A DNA stretch of 64,000 bases, from NCBI GenBank assembly GCA_965198005.1, contig CBDAOI010000003.1, positions 896,001 to 960,000 on the forward strand, in the 5' to 3' direction. Every line of letters starts with the position of its first letter. The first letter of the stretch is position 1. The position numbers and the translations under genes are program-made. This DNA is from Spirochaetia bacterium (GTDB lineage: Bacteria; Spirochaetota; Spirochaetia; SZUA-6; Bin103). The notes below the pieces were generated by a model that was given only the letters and a program-made list of their open reading frames with translations, ran no database searches and had not been told where the DNA came from. Of this stretch, positions 51,050-61,313 are shown piece after piece.

Positions 51050-52414
51050 ATGACCTACCGACTGCTGTCGCTGGGCTGCCAGATGAATACTTCGGACGCG
51101 GAGCGGATCGCGGCGGTGCTGGAGGGTGCCGGGTTCGCCGAGGCGCAGAGTGAGGCGCAGGCCGACCTGCTCGGGGTGGTGGCGTGCTCGGTGCGCCAGA
51201 AGGCGATCGACCGGGTCTACGGCCGCATCCACGAGTGGAACCGCTGGAAGGCGCAGCGGCCGCTGCTCACCTTCGTGTCCGGCTGCATCCTGCCCGAGGA
51301 CGAGGCGAAGTTCCTGCGCCTGTTCGACCTGGTGTTCCGCATCGACGATCTGCCGCAGCTTCCGGAGATGATCCGCACCTCCGGCGTGGTCACCCCCGCG
51401 GCGATCGACGCCGCCCTGCATCCGGGGCGCTCGGTGACGCTCAACCACACCGACCGGTTCTGGGGCATCACGCCGCGCTACGGGTCGGCCCACGCCGCCT
51501 ACGTCCCGATCCAGAACGGCTGCGACAAGTTCTGCACCTTCTGCGCGGTGCCCTACACCCGCGGGCGCGAGGTGTCGCGGCCGGCGGCCGACGTGCTGCG
51601 CGAGGTGGAGGGGTTGCTGGCGCGCGGCTACCGCAGCATCACGCTGCTGGGCCAGAACGTGAACTCCTACGGCCGCGACCGGCCGGGCGCCGAACCCAGC
51701 TTCGCCGCATTGCTCGGGGAGGTGGGGGCGCGGTGCGACGCCGCTGCGCAGAAGGTGTGGGTGTACTTCACCTCGCCGCATCCGGCGGACATGTCGCCGG
51801 CGGTGCTGGAGCGCATTGCCGAGTACGACTCGCTGGCTACGCAGATCCATCTGCCGATGCAGTCGGCCGACGACAAGGTGCTGATCCGCATGAACCGCAA
51901 CCACCGCCTGGACCAGTACCGGGCAGTGGTCGACAACATCCGCACGATGCTGCCGGCCGCGACGCTGTTCACCGACATCATCGTGGGCTTCTGCGGCGAG
52001 ACCGAGGAGCAGTTCGAGCGCACCCGCCGGGCGATGGAGGAGTTCGCGTTCGACATGGCCTACGTCGCCATGTATTCGCCGCGGCCCGGGGCGGCGGCGG
52101 CGCGCTGGCCGGACGACGTGCCGCAGGCGGAGAAGAAGCGGCGGTTGCAGGTGCTGTCCGAGGTGCTGCAGGAGACCGCCCTGCGCCACAACCGGCGCTG
52201 GGAGGGGCGCACGGTGGAGGTGCTGGTCGAGGCCGAGGACCGCAAGCCGGGGCTGCTGATCGGCCGCACCGAGGGCCGCGTCCCGGTGCGCTTCGCCGGC
52301 GGCACCGACCTGATCGGCACCCACGTGGCGGTGGACGTGACCCGCGCGCGGCCGCTGTCGCTGGAAGGCGAGCTGCCGGTGGCCGCGGCGCCGGCCGCGC
52401 TGGCCGCCTCCTGA
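51050..52414 (+). CDS. miaB: tRNA i6A37 methylthiotransferase
   Basis: GCQMN, CSVR, CDKFCTFC radical SAM motif, LLGQNVNSY, TRAM domain. Confidence 0.92.
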   Translation: MTYRLLSLGCQMNTSDAERIAAVLEGAGFAEAQSEAQADLLGVVACSVRQKAIDRVYGRIHEWNRWKAQRPLLTFVSGCILPEDEAKFLRLFDLVFRIDDLPQLPEMIRTSGVVTPAAIDAALHPGRSVTLNHTDRFWGITPRYGSAHAAYVPIQNGCDKFCTFCAVPYTRGREVSRPAADVLREVEGLLARGYRSITLLGQNVNSYGRDRPGAEPSFAALLGEVGARCDAAAQKVWVYFTSPHPADMSPAVLERIAEYDSLATQIHLPMQSADDKVLIRMNRNHRLDQYRAVVDNIRTMLPAATLFTDIIVGFCGETEEQFERTRRAMEEFAFDMAYVAMYSPRPGAAAARWPDDVPQAEKKRRLQVLSEVLQETALRHNRRWEGRTVEVLVEAEDRKPGLLIGRTEGRVPVRFAGGTDLIGTHVAVDVTRARPLSLEGELPVAAAPAALAAS

Positions 52415-52482
52415 AAGTGCGCCGGCCGATCTGCTCCACGCCGCCTACCGGCGAATCGCGTCCCGCGTAGCCCGCTGAGCCG

Positions 52483-53793
52483 GTGAACCGGGCCGTGCCG
52501 CCGATCGCTCTGCCGCGCGGGTTCCGCCGCCTGCCGCTGGCCGAGCGCCGGGCCGCGCTGGCCGCCGCGTTGGGCTGCCAACTGCCGGCCGCCCTGTGCG
52601 GTGACGCGGAAACGGGTGCGGTCGCCGACCTGCTGGTAGAGAATGCGGTCGGTGCGTTCCCGCTACCGGTCGGGCTGGCGACCGGTTTTCGGGTGGACGG
52701 CGAGGAGCTGGTGGTGCCGCTCGCCACCGAGGAGGCGTCGGTGGTGGCCGCGGCCAGTTACGGCGCGCGCCTGCTGGCAGAAGGGGAGGGCGGCGCCGGT
52801 ATCCGCACCGAGGCCGATCCGCCGATCGCAACGGTGCAACTGTTCGTCGAGCAGGCGCGCGACGATGCGGAGCAAGCGGTGCGCGCCGCGCGGGCGGAGA
52901 TCGCCGTCCTGGTGGACGCGGCCGTGGCGACCCTGGTGGAGCGCGGCGGCGGGTTCCGGGAGGTGACGGCGCAGCGGGTCGGGGACGCGCTGAAGGTGGA
53001 GATCGACCTGGACGTGCGCGACGCGATGGGGGCGAACAAGGTCAATACCGCCGGCGAGGCGGCGCGCCCGTTGCTGGAACGGCTCACCGGCGGGCGCCTG
53101 CTGATGGCCATCGTCACCAACGCCAGCCGCCGGGCCCGGGTGCGCGCGGCGGGGCAGGTGGCGTGCTCCGGCCTGGCGCGCGGCGCGTACTCCGGCGCCG
53201 AAGTGGCGCGGCGCATCGTGCGCGCCGCCGCGATCGCCGCCGCCGACCACGACCGCGCCGTGACCCACAACAAGGGCGTGCTCAACGGCATCGCCGCGCT
53301 CACCCAGGCCACCGGCAACGACACGCGCGCGGTCGAGGCGGCTGCCCACGGCTGGGCCGCCGCCGGCACCGCCTACGCACCGCTCACCCGCTACCGCGTC
53401 GCCGGCGGCACGCTGCAGTGCCGCCTGGAGTGTCCGCTGCCGCTCGGCACCGTCGGCGGCGCCGTCGGCCTGCACCCGGTCAGCCGCCTGGCGCTCCGCA
53501 TTCTGGGCAACCCCGACAGCCGCCGGCTGGCCGCCATTGCCGCCGCCGTCGGCCTGGCCCAGAATCTCGCGGCACTGCGGGCGCTGGTATCCGAGGGCAT
53601 CCAGCACGGCCACATGCGCCTGCACGCGGAGCGGCTGGCGTTCACCGCCGGCGCGCGCGGCGCCGAGGTAACCGCCATCGCCGCCGCGCTGGCCGCAGCC
53701 GGACCGATGGACGTCGCCACCGCCCGCCGACTCCTCCGCGCCCAGCGCGCCCAAGCCTCAGTGACGTCGGCGCCGGCCGTCGCCACCGACTGA
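52483..53793 (+). CDS. mvaA: HMG-CoA reductase class II
   Basis: ENAVG, TEEASVVAA, DAMGAN, THNKG..NG, GND.RA.EA, GHM.LH. Confidence 0.92.
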   Translation: MNRAVPPIALPRGFRRLPLAERRAALAAALGCQLPAALCGDAETGAVADLLVENAVGAFPLPVGLATGFRVDGEELVVPLATEEASVVAAASYGARLLAEGEGGAGIRTEADPPIATVQLFVEQARDDAEQAVRAARAEIAVLVDAAVATLVERGGGFREVTAQRVGDALKVEIDLDVRDAMGANKVNTAGEAARPLLERLTGGRLLMAIVTNASRRARVRAAGQVACSGLARGAYSGAEVARRIVRAAAIAAADHDRAVTHNKGVLNGIAALTQATGNDTRAVEAAAHGWAAAGTAYAPLTRYRVAGGTLQCRLECPLPLGTVGGAVGLHPVSRLALRILGNPDSRRLAAIAAAVGLAQNLAALRALVSEGIQHGHMRLHAERLAFTAGARGAEVTAIAAALAAAGPMDVATARRLLRAQRAQASVTSAPAVATD

Positions 53794-53805
53794 TCCGAGG
53801 CACCC

Positions 53806-54518
53806 TTGAAGACGGGATTCGCACCATTGGTGTTCGCGGTTGGCCTGCTTGTGGCCTCACAGCCGGCTCACACCCAGGAGAAAACCACGGCGCCCGGGGA
53901 CAGTGAGCTGCTGCGACTGCTTACGCTCGAACAGCTACACAACGGCCTATACCATCTGCCGCTGCTCGGGACGAGGAGACCCCGATTCGATTCCACGAGG
54001 GGCAGGGATCGATCAAGTACGGCGCGGGCGCGACGCAGCAGGTGCATGCCGGACTGGTAGGCGACCTGGTCGCTTTTGGCGACCTCGACGGTGACCAGGT
54101 TGCCGACGCCGCGGTAGTCGTCTTCATCGACCCAGGCGGCAGCGGCACCTTCATCCACTTGCTGGCGATGCATGACCGCGAAGGCGCGCCGTTTCAGGCG
54201 GGACGGGAGTTCTTGGGGGATCGGGTACGCGTGGAAAGCCTCACCATCCGGGGCGGTCGCATGTTCGTGACGATGATAGCACACGGTCCCGACGACCCGA
54301 TGTGCTGCCCATCGACCCGGTTCCGGCGCGCGTTCACGTTGCACGGACGCCGGCTGGTGCCGACTCAGGTGGCGGAGGTGGCGGAGGTGGCGCAGCGAGT
54401 TGCGGGCGGCTGTCGGACGTGCGAGAATGGCGCACGCTCCGCCTATGTGTGTACGGTTGTGTGTATTGATTCCAAGGGAAACCGGAATAAGGTTCATCTA
54501 CGACGTTCGGACAGGTAA
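53806..54518 (+). pseudogene. Secreted protein of unknown function, 1-nt frameshift near 53970
   Basis: Signal peptide; GDLDGD..DA...GGSGTF...DDPMCCPS in the second frame. Confidence 0.6.
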
Positions 54519-54520
54519 CG

Positions 54521-55516
54521 GTGTGGGGAGCGTGGGGGCCGGGCGTACGGTTGGCTAGCACGCGCGGGGTGCGGGTACGGGCTGCGCCGTCGCTGGCTCT
54601 GGTGAAGTACTGGGGCAAGAGCGACGCGCGGCGCAACCTGCCGGCCACCTCCAGCCTCGCGGTTACGGTCACGGGCCTGCACACCGCCGCGCGGCTGTGG
54701 GAGGCCGCCGGACCCGACCGCCTGACCGTGGACGGCGCCGAGGTGCCCGCGGCGCGGCACGGCCCCTTCTTCGACGCCGCGCGGACCACCCTGGGGGTAA
54801 CGACGCGCTACCTGGTGGAGGCGCACAACAACTTCCCCGGCGCGGCCGGGCTGGCCAGTTCCGCGTCGTTGTTCGCGGCGCTGGCGGTGGGCTGCGCGGC
54901 GCTGGCGGGCATGGCCCCGGCGCGCGCCGGCCTGTCCGCGCTGGCGCGCATCGGGTCGGCGTCGGCGGCGCGCGCGGTGTGGGGTGGGTTCAGCGCGCTT
55001 GAAGCGGGCGCCGAGGCCGCCGTGGGCGCGTTCCCGGCAGACCACTGGCCCGAGTTGCGGCTGCTGGTGGCCGTCACCTCGCGCCGCAGCAAGCCGCTGC
55101 CGTCGCGCACCGCCATGATGCACGTGGCCGCGACCTCGCCCTACTACGACCCCTGGGTGGCCACCGCGGAGGCCACCTTCCAGGCAGCATTGGAAGCGGT
55201 GCGAGCCCGCGACCTGGAGCGGCTCGGCCCGCTCATGCGCGTCAGCTACCTGCGCATGTTCGGCACGATGTTCGCCGCCGATCCGCCGATCAACTATCTG
55301 CGGCCGCAGTCGCTGCGGGTGTTGGAGGTGCTGGCGGACCTGCGCGCGGCAGGCGTCGGCGCATGGGAGACCATGGACGCCGGCCCCCAAGTCAAGGTCG
55401 CCTGTCTGGCGGTGGACGTGGACCGGATCCGCGCCGCGCTGCTGACGGACGCGGGGCTGGCCCCCGCCGACCTGATCGAGACGGCTCCCGGCGCCGGCCC
55501 CTGCATTGTTGACTGA
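54521..55516 (+). CDS. mvaD: Diphosphomevalonate decarboxylase
   Basis: ALVKYWGK, NNFP..AGLASSAS, R.GS.SA.R, TMDAGPQVK. Confidence 0.92.
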   Translation: MWGAWGPGVRLASTRGVRVRAAPSLALVKYWGKSDARRNLPATSSLAVTVTGLHTAARLWEAAGPDRLTVDGAEVPAARHGPFFDAARTTLGVTTRYLVEAHNNFPGAAGLASSASLFAALAVGCAALAGMAPARAGLSALARIGSASAARAVWGGFSALEAGAEAAVGAFPADHWPELRLLVAVTSRRSKPLPSRTAMMHVAATSPYYDPWVATAEATFQAALEAVRARDLERLGPLMRVSYLRMFGTMFAADPPINYLRPQSLRVLEVLADLRAAGVGAWETMDAGPQVKVACLAVDVDRIRAALLTDAGLAPADLIETAPGAGPCIVD

Positions 55517-56459
55517 CCGTCTGGGCGTGGCCGCGCCGGGCAGCGTGCTGCTGCTTGGCGAGTACGCCGTTACCGAGCCGGACGCGCCGGGGATCACGCT
55601 GGGCGTGCTGCCGGAGGTGCGCGCCACCTGTGAGGTGCGCCGTGCGCCGCGCATCACGGGGCGGATGGGCGCGCGCCGGTTCCTGTGGACGCCGGGAGAG
55701 TGCGACTCCCCGCTGTTCGGTGCCCTGGTGGAGGAGTGCGGCGTACCATGCGGCGCGATCGAGGTGGACTCGAGTGCCCTGGTCGGAGGGCGCGGCAAGC
55801 TGGGGTTGGGGTCCAGCGCCGCGGTTGCCGTGGCGGTGGCGGCGTTGCTGTTGCAGGGGGCGCGGCCGCGCGCGGCGGCCGCGGTGGACCGGGAGCGGGT
55901 GTTCGCCGCCGCCCTTGCCGCCCATCGCCGTGCGCAGGAGGGGCGCGGCAGCGGATACGACGTGGCGGCCTCGGTGTGGGGTGGGGTGGCGCGCTTCAGC
56001 GGCGGGCGCGTGCCCCAGGTGGCGCTGCTGCCGCGGGCGCTGCTGCCGGCCTCCCTCTGCCTGGTGATGGGCGGCACCCCGCTGGCGACCACGGCCGCCG
56101 TGGCCCGCTACGAGCGGTGGCGCCGGCGTGAGCGGGCCGCGGCGGCCGACTTCCGGCGGCGCTCGCGGGCCGCGGTCGAGCGGTTGCTGGCCGCCGCCGA
56201 CGCGGCCGACTGCTGTGCCGCCATCGCCGCCGCCGGCGCGCTGACCCGCTGCCTCGGAGATCGCATCGGCGTGGCGGTTGAGCCGCCGGACCTGCGCGCC
56301 CGCCTGGACCGGTTGCGTGCCTGCGGTTGGGCCGCCAAGCCGGTGGGAGCGGGCGGCGAGCTGGGCATTGCCGCGGCGCCGGCGGACCGGCAGCTCCCGG
56401 CCGTGCCGTACGTGATGCCAATACGGCTGGCGCCGGAGGGATTGCGCTGGCTGACCTGA
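55506..56459 (+). CDS. mvaK2: Phosphomevalonate kinase (GHMP)
   Basis: PGS..L.GEYAV, KLGLGSSAA, GSGYDVAAS..GG, K..GAGGE. Confidence 0.8.
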   Translation: MLTDRLGVAAPGSVLLLGEYAVTEPDAPGITLGVLPEVRATCEVRRAPRITGRMGARRFLWTPGECDSPLFGALVEECGVPCGAIEVDSSALVGGRGKLGLGSSAAVAVAVAALLLQGARPRAAAAVDRERVFAAALAAHRRAQEGRGSGYDVAASVWGGVARFSGGRVPQVALLPRALLPASLCLVMGGTPLATTAAVARYERWRRRERAAAADFRRRSRAAVERLLAAADAADCCAAIAAAGALTRCLGDRIGVAVEPPDLRARLDRLRACGWAAKPVGAGGELGIAAAPADRQLPAVPYVMPIRLAPEGLRWLT

Positions 56460-57640
56460 TCGGACGCGCGGCCGGCAAGCTGCTCCTGTTCGGCGAGCAC
56501 GCCGTGGTCCACCGCCATCCTGCCCTCGGCATCAGTCTGCCGTGGACCGCCGAGCTGCGGATCACCCCGCTGGCTGCCGCAGCCACCGGCCGGTCCACTG
56601 GCCGGTCCGCGGCCCAGGACGGGCTGCCCCGCCTGCCGCCGCCGCTCGCCGCGATGCTCGGCCATCCGCCCTTCGCGGCGGTTGTCGAGGTCCGATCGCA
56701 GATCCCGGTCGGGCTCGGATTCGGCTCCAGCGCCGCCCTGTGCGTGGCGGCCGAGCGCGCCTTCGGCGGTGCGGCGCCCCGCGACTCCGGAACGCCGGAG
56801 TCGGCGAGTCGGCCGCCCGTTCGCTCGGAGCAAGCGGCCGCCGACCAGCAGGTGGTTCCTGCAACCTCGGGCGCGGCGCGGGCGCCAACGGCTGCCGCTG
56901 CCGACCTGTGGCGCGGGGCGCACGAGCGCGAACAGGTGTTTCACGGCACGCCGTCGGGTGCGGACACCGGCCTCGCGGCGCGTCCGGGGGTGGGCTTTCT
57001 GAGCTGGCCCGCGGCCGCCGGCAGCGGCGGCCTGCCGAGCTACGAGTCGCTCCCCGCGGCCGAACTGCACCTGGTGGCGGCGGCGGTGCCGCGCCGCGGC
57101 GATACCAGGGCCCAGGTCGCCGCGGTAGCCGGCCGCCTGGGCGCCGGCGACCCCGGCACCGGCAAAGACCTGCACCTCCTCGGCGGGTTCAGCCGGGAGG
57201 CGCGCGGCCTGCTGCTGCGGGGACAGCCAGCGGCGCTGGGGAGCTTGGCCGACGCCGCCCAGCGCGTGCTCGCCCGCCTCGCTCTGGCCGACCCGGCGCA
57301 GGATCGCCTGCTGCAGGCCGGCCGCCGCGCCGGCGCGAGCGGCGGCAAGCTGAGCGGCGCCGGCTGCGGCGGCGCCTGTTTCCTGGTCTGCCGCGACGCC
57401 GCGACCGCAGGCCGCGTCCTGGAGGCGGTCGCGGCACAGGCGACGGTGGCCGCCCGGGTGGTGGTGCAGGGCGGCGCCCCGCGGCTGGCATCGCCCGCGG
57501 AGCCGGCCCCCACGGTCGGCCGCTGGCTGTACCTGCCGCGAGCCGGCAGGCGCTTGCCGGTGGGCGCCGATCGTGCGATGCTTGGGGCCAGTCAGCACGA
57601 TCCGGCGAGCCGGGTCGGAGGAGGAGAGACGTGGCGCTGA
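56447..57640 (+). CDS. mvaK1: Mevalonate kinase (GHMP); probable CTG start
   Basis: GK..LFGEHAVV, P.G.GFGSSAA, HG.PSG.D, KLSGAG.GG; GGAGG 8 nt upstream of the CTG. Confidence 0.82.
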   Translation: MADLIGRAAGKLLLFGEHAVVHRHPALGISLPWTAELRITPLAAAATGRSTGRSAAQDGLPRLPPPLAAMLGHPPFAAVVEVRSQIPVGLGFGSSAALCVAAERAFGGAAPRDSGTPESASRPPVRSEQAAADQQVVPATSGAARAPTAAAADLWRGAHEREQVFHGTPSGADTGLAARPGVGFLSWPAAAGSGGLPSYESLPAAELHLVAAAVPRRGDTRAQVAAVAGRLGAGDPGTGKDLHLLGGFSREARGLLLRGQPAALGSLADAAQRVLARLALADPAQDRLLQAGRRAGASGGKLSGAGCGGACFLVCRDAATAGRVLEAVAAQATVAARVVVQGGAPRLASPAEPAPTVGRWLYLPRAGRRLPVGADRAMLGASQHDPASRVGGGETWR

Positions 57641-58287
57641 GAATCAACGACGAGGCCCCCAACTTCACGGCGGAGACGACCCAGGGGCCGATCAACTTCC
57701 ATGAGTGGATCGGGGACGGGTGGGCCATTCTGTTTTCCCACCCCAAGGACTTCACCCCGGTGTGCACCACCGAGCTGGGGACCATGGCGGGCCTGCAACC
57801 GGAGTTCGAGCAGCGCAACTGCAAGGTTGTGGGGATCAGCGTAGACGGCGTGAGCGACCATGAAGCGTGGTCGCGTGACATTGAGGCGTCCCAAGGCCAC
57901 GCGGTTACCTATCCGCTCATCGGCGACCCCGATCTGTCGATCGTGAAGGCCTACGACATGCTGCCGGCGGACACCGGAGACACCTCCCAGGGCCGCACGC
58001 CGATGGAAAACGCCACCGCGCGGTCGGTGTTCGTGATCGGGCCGGACAAGAAGATCAAGGCGACCCTGACCTATCCGATGAGCACGGGCCGCAACTTCGC
58101 CGAGATCCTGCGGCTGCTCGACTCCTGCCAGCTCACCGCGGCCAAGCAGGTGGCGACCCCGGCCAACTGGAACCAGGGCGACAACGTGATCATCCTGCCG
58201 TCGGTCTCCGACGAGGCGGCCAAGGAGATCTACCCCGACGGCTGGGAATCGCCGCTGCCCTACATCCGCGTCGTCCCGCAGCCGTAG
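57631..58287 (+). CDS. 1-Cys peroxiredoxin (Prx6)
   Basis: FSHPKDFTPVCTTE, YP.STGRNF; GGAGGAG RBS. Confidence 0.92.
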   Translation: MALRINDEAPNFTAETTQGPINFHEWIGDGWAILFSHPKDFTPVCTTELGTMAGLQPEFEQRNCKVVGISVDGVSDHEAWSRDIEASQGHAVTYPLIGDPDLSIVKAYDMLPADTGDTSQGRTPMENATARSVFVIGPDKKIKATLTYPMSTGRNFAEILRLLDSCQLTAAKQVATPANWNQGDNVIILPSVSDEAAKEIYPDGWESPLPYIRVVPQP

Positions 58288-58332
58288 CTGCCGCCAAAAC
58301 CGGCGCCCGCCGGCGGGTCCACCCGCCGCGCG

Positions 58333-58716
58333 TCAACTGCCGCGGTAGGTGGTGTAGCTCCAGGGCGACACCAGCAGGGGTACGTGGTAGTGGGCGTCGG
58401 CGGCGATCCCGAACCGTACGGTGACCTGGTCGAGAAACGGCGGATCGGGCAGGGCCACCCCAGCCTGGGCGAAGTATTCGCCGACGTGGAACACCAGTTC
58501 CCAGGTGCCGGTGCGAAACGCCGCGCCGCTCAGCAGCGGCTGGTCGCAGCGACCGTCGTGGTTGGTGCGGACCGACTTGACGAGGCGGCGCTCGGGGCCG
58601 GGAGAGTCCGCGCCGGCGCCGCCGGCCGAACCCGCGGCATAGAGATCGATCCGGATGCCGGCCCCCGGGGTGCCGTGCGCGGTGTCGAGCACGTGGGTGG
58701 TGAGTGCGCCCATCAT
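58333..58716 (-). CDS. uraH: 5-hydroxyisourate hydrolase
   Basis: THVLD, HYHVPLL, C-terminal YRGS. Confidence 0.93.
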   Translation of the reverse strand: MMGALTTHVLDTAHGTPGAGIRIDLYAAGSAGGAGADSPGPERRLVKSVRTNHDGRCDQPLLSGAAFRTGTWELVFHVGEYFAQAGVALPDPPFLDQVTVRFGIAADAHYHVPLLVSPWSYTTYRGS

Positions 58717-59564
58717 TCCCTCCGCAGCGTGGCCGCGATCTGGCCGCTGGGCTCGTCGGTGGGCAGAAACAACCGCCCCTGCGGTTCCAGCTCGAACGGA
58801 CTCAGGTCGATCGGCAGGTAATGCACGTTGGGCATCGACAGCGTGATTTCCATGATGTCCGGGGCGGCGGCGAGCGCGGCTTCCCCCATGCGGTACAGGC
58901 TGTCCTGCACCGAGTGGCTGAAGGTGGTGGCGAACACCCGCAACAGCGCGGCGCGCACGGTGGCGGCGACGCCTGCCCAGTCCGTGGCCCCGGCCGCCGT
59001 GGTGGCGTCAAAGCGCCACCTCACGTCCAGGCGGGTCGCGAGGATGCGGTCGGTGGTCGGCGCCAGGGTCGTGTATTCGTCCTGCACGTAGCCGACGAAG
59101 CCGGACGCGGTGGTCTTCATGATCGCGCAGTCACGAAAGCCGGCACTGAGCTCGCGGCTCGAACGGGTGGCCGTGACCTCCGCGAACGGCCGGCCGCCTT
59201 CCGCCCGCACGAAGCCGTGGGGATGCGGCCGGCCGTCGATCGCCATCCGGCTCCAGGGCGTCTCCTCCAGCTCGACCCGCGCCTCGGACACCTGTGCGTA
59301 GCGCTCCAGCAGACGGTGCGCAATGGCCAGCGCGAACGGCTCGTTGGCACTGTCGAGGTACTCCAACCCCAACACCTGCACCAGGTTCTTGATCGTGTCG
59401 GTCGGCACCACCCGGCTGTTGTCGGCCGCGGTGTAGGCGCGCTCGAACTCGCCGTCGAGGCTCACGCCGACCCGTACCTCGCGCACCTCGTGCCGATCGG
59501 CCAGCCGCTGCACGCGCAGCAGCCGCACGTTCGCCTTCCCGTACCGTTGTTGGACAGATGGCAT
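58713..59564 (-). CDS. pucL: Urate oxidase (uricase)
   Basis: YGK..V, DN..VV.TDT.KN, KTT.SGF, SVQ, PN.H, P.G.I. Confidence 0.92.
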   Translation of the reverse strand: MPSVQQRYGKANVRLLRVQRLADRHEVREVRVGVSLDGEFERAYTAADNSRVVPTDTIKNLVQVLGLEYLDSANEPFALAIAHRLLERYAQVSEARVELEETPWSRMAIDGRPHPHGFVRAEGGRPFAEVTATRSSRELSAGFRDCAIMKTTASGFVGYVQDEYTTLAPTTDRILATRLDVRWRFDATTAAGATDWAGVAATVRAALLRVFATTFSHSVQDSLYRMGEAALAAAPDIMEITLSMPNVHYLPIDLSPFELEPQGRLFLPTDEPSGQIAATLRRE

Positions 59565-59741
59565 GCAGTCGAATCCCCCCGTAGCGCCGCTCACTGATGA
59601 TACGGCTGATACCCATTGCAGGTCATTGCCCACAACGGGCGTTTGCCAGTCAATCTTGCCCCCCGACATATTGTGCGTATATACTGCTCTAGGCAAGACG
59701 CTACTCAATGTCGGTAGCAACTCCCGATAGGAGGTTATCGA

Positions 59742-60119
59742 ATGGCCGAGGACATCGCAGTACGAGCCGCCGGCCCTCTGCATACGATGAGCCAGAGGGG
59801 AGTCCCACCAGTTTCCTGGGAGCATGACAAGAGCAGATTCTGCATTGTTCTAAAGGGGGTTTCTTTGCAACCAACACAGGAGCCTGACGAAGGTGTAAGG
59901 CTGTTCTTTCGACCACCGGTACTATTCGACATGCGCCTCCGCAAAGCAGGCTCCGACAGTTGGGGTCCCGGTTTCATACTTCCCGTAACCAGTGTTGCGC
60001 TCTCCAATTTGGAACCGGACACTGAGTATGAATGCAAAGTGTCCGAAGTAGACTTGCAGGGGAATCCCAAACCTGATTCTCCTGTGTATACGAATAGTTT
60101 TCGCTCTCCTAGCAAATAG
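59742..60119 (+). CDS. Small protein with fibronectin type III-like motif
   Basis: LSNLEPDTEYECKV; AGGAGG RBS; no signal peptide. Confidence 0.65.
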   Translation: MAEDIAVRAAGPLHTMSQRGVPPVSWEHDKSRFCIVLKGVSLQPTQEPDEGVRLFFRPPVLFDMRLRKAGSDSWGPGFILPVTSVALSNLEPDTEYECKVSEVDLQGNPKPDSPVYTNSFRSPSK

Positions 60120-60673
60120 TGACGTCGATACTCATGAGTACAATTTCACAACTCCAATACGTCAGGCCGGAGAGTTCTATCCCCGAAGAGTACTTTGTGC
60201 AGACATCGAATCTATCGTCTGCGACGGAGGCAGGGCACGACCCTCTTGCCACTCACGCTCAAGACTTGATTGTTTGGTATCTCTCAGAACGCTTGATTGA
60301 GATTCCGATAGGCCATGTAGCAGAGCGGCTGTCAGGTATCCAGGAACAGATTTCTGATCTATCGAAACTTCAAGACGGCTGGCTCGATGGCGATGGTAAG
60401 GCTCCTTCAAAGCAAGGACTATCGTGGTTACTGTTCGTGTTCCATGTATCTTTCCCTTACGATGCTCCTTTACCTCGGCTGTATCCCACCGAACAAGGTA
60501 ACGTTCAAGCTGAGTGGCGAATAAAAACGAGGGATATGAGTCTCGAAGTAGATCTCCAAAAACACTTAGGCGACTGGCACAGTCTCGATTTACAGTCTGG
60601 TGATACTGTGACAGGCCTTATCAACTGCGATAATGACTCCGATTGGCAGTGGGTTAGCGATCAGTTGACTTGA
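60119..60673 (+). CDS. Hypothetical protein (antitoxin-like, L..L.DGW.G motif)
   Basis: LSKLQDGWLDGDGKAP...YPTEQGNVQAEW; abuts neighbouring ORFs. Confidence 0.6.
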   Translation: MTSILMSTISQLQYVRPESSIPEEYFVQTSNLSSATEAGHDPLATHAQDLIVWYLSERLIEIPIGHVAERLSGIQEQISDLSKLQDGWLDGDGKAPSKQGLSWLLFVFHVSFPYDAPLPRLYPTEQGNVQAEWRIKTRDMSLEVDLQKHLGDWHSLDLQSGDTVTGLINCDNDSDWQWVSDQLT

Positions 60674-60674
60674 G

Positions 60675-61076
60675 ATGTTCGCAGATGCGTCCTCGCTGTT
60701 TCGGCAGATTCATCCTAGCTGGGTCCAAGAAGGTGACATTACTTCTCAGGCGTTCACTCCGACCAAGAAGGACAGACGCAGACTGTCGTCGTATGATGGT
60801 ACGATGATAACTGCCAAGGACTCCTACTATCACTATACCGCAGATCTGGCGCAAGCTTCCGTCGGCGTAATGGCCATAACACCTCAGGAATGCAAGGATC
60901 ATGGGCTCTTGGTTTCTGCCGATCCTCTGCTAAACTTCGATTCCCATGTTGTGATAGTTTTTCCTGATGAGCTGACGAAATCGGGAACAAAGAACAAGGC
61001 AAAGTACTTGAAAGAGATAGCCACACGCCGAGGTTGGCAGTTCAAACCTGATAGCGAAGTATCTGAACGAGACTGA
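60675..61076 (+). CDS. Hypothetical protein, possible ADP-ribosyltransferase/RES-like toxin
   Basis: LFRQIHP...AF.P...D..LSSY...SH pattern; starts 1 nt after the previous stop. Confidence 0.55.
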   Translation: MFADASSLFRQIHPSWVQEGDITSQAFTPTKKDRRRLSSYDGTMITAKDSYYHYTADLAQASVGVMAITPQECKDHGLLVSADPLLNFDSHVVIVFPDELTKSGTKNKAKYLKEIATRRGWQFKPDSEVSERD

Positions 61077-61313
61077 TGGGCCGCCCGATGACGACGTCCT
61101 GCAAGGCTCCAGTATCCGGAATGGCGGTGCAACGGCCGCAGGCGCGCAGTGTGGCCGGACGGCGGTCGTTGCTCCGCCGGCGGATTCCCTGGGGCCGCCG
61201 ACCCGCGGGTGGTCACGTTTGCCGGCAACCGCCGCCGCCAGCGGGAGGAATTGACGGGATACGGAAGTGCATGAACACTATGAGGTGGACGGTCGGACCG
61301 TCCGGAGGGCAGG

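Noticed and set aside
54367-54392. 9-bp tandem repeat AGGTGGCGG
   Set aside because: Short in-frame microsatellite with no further support.
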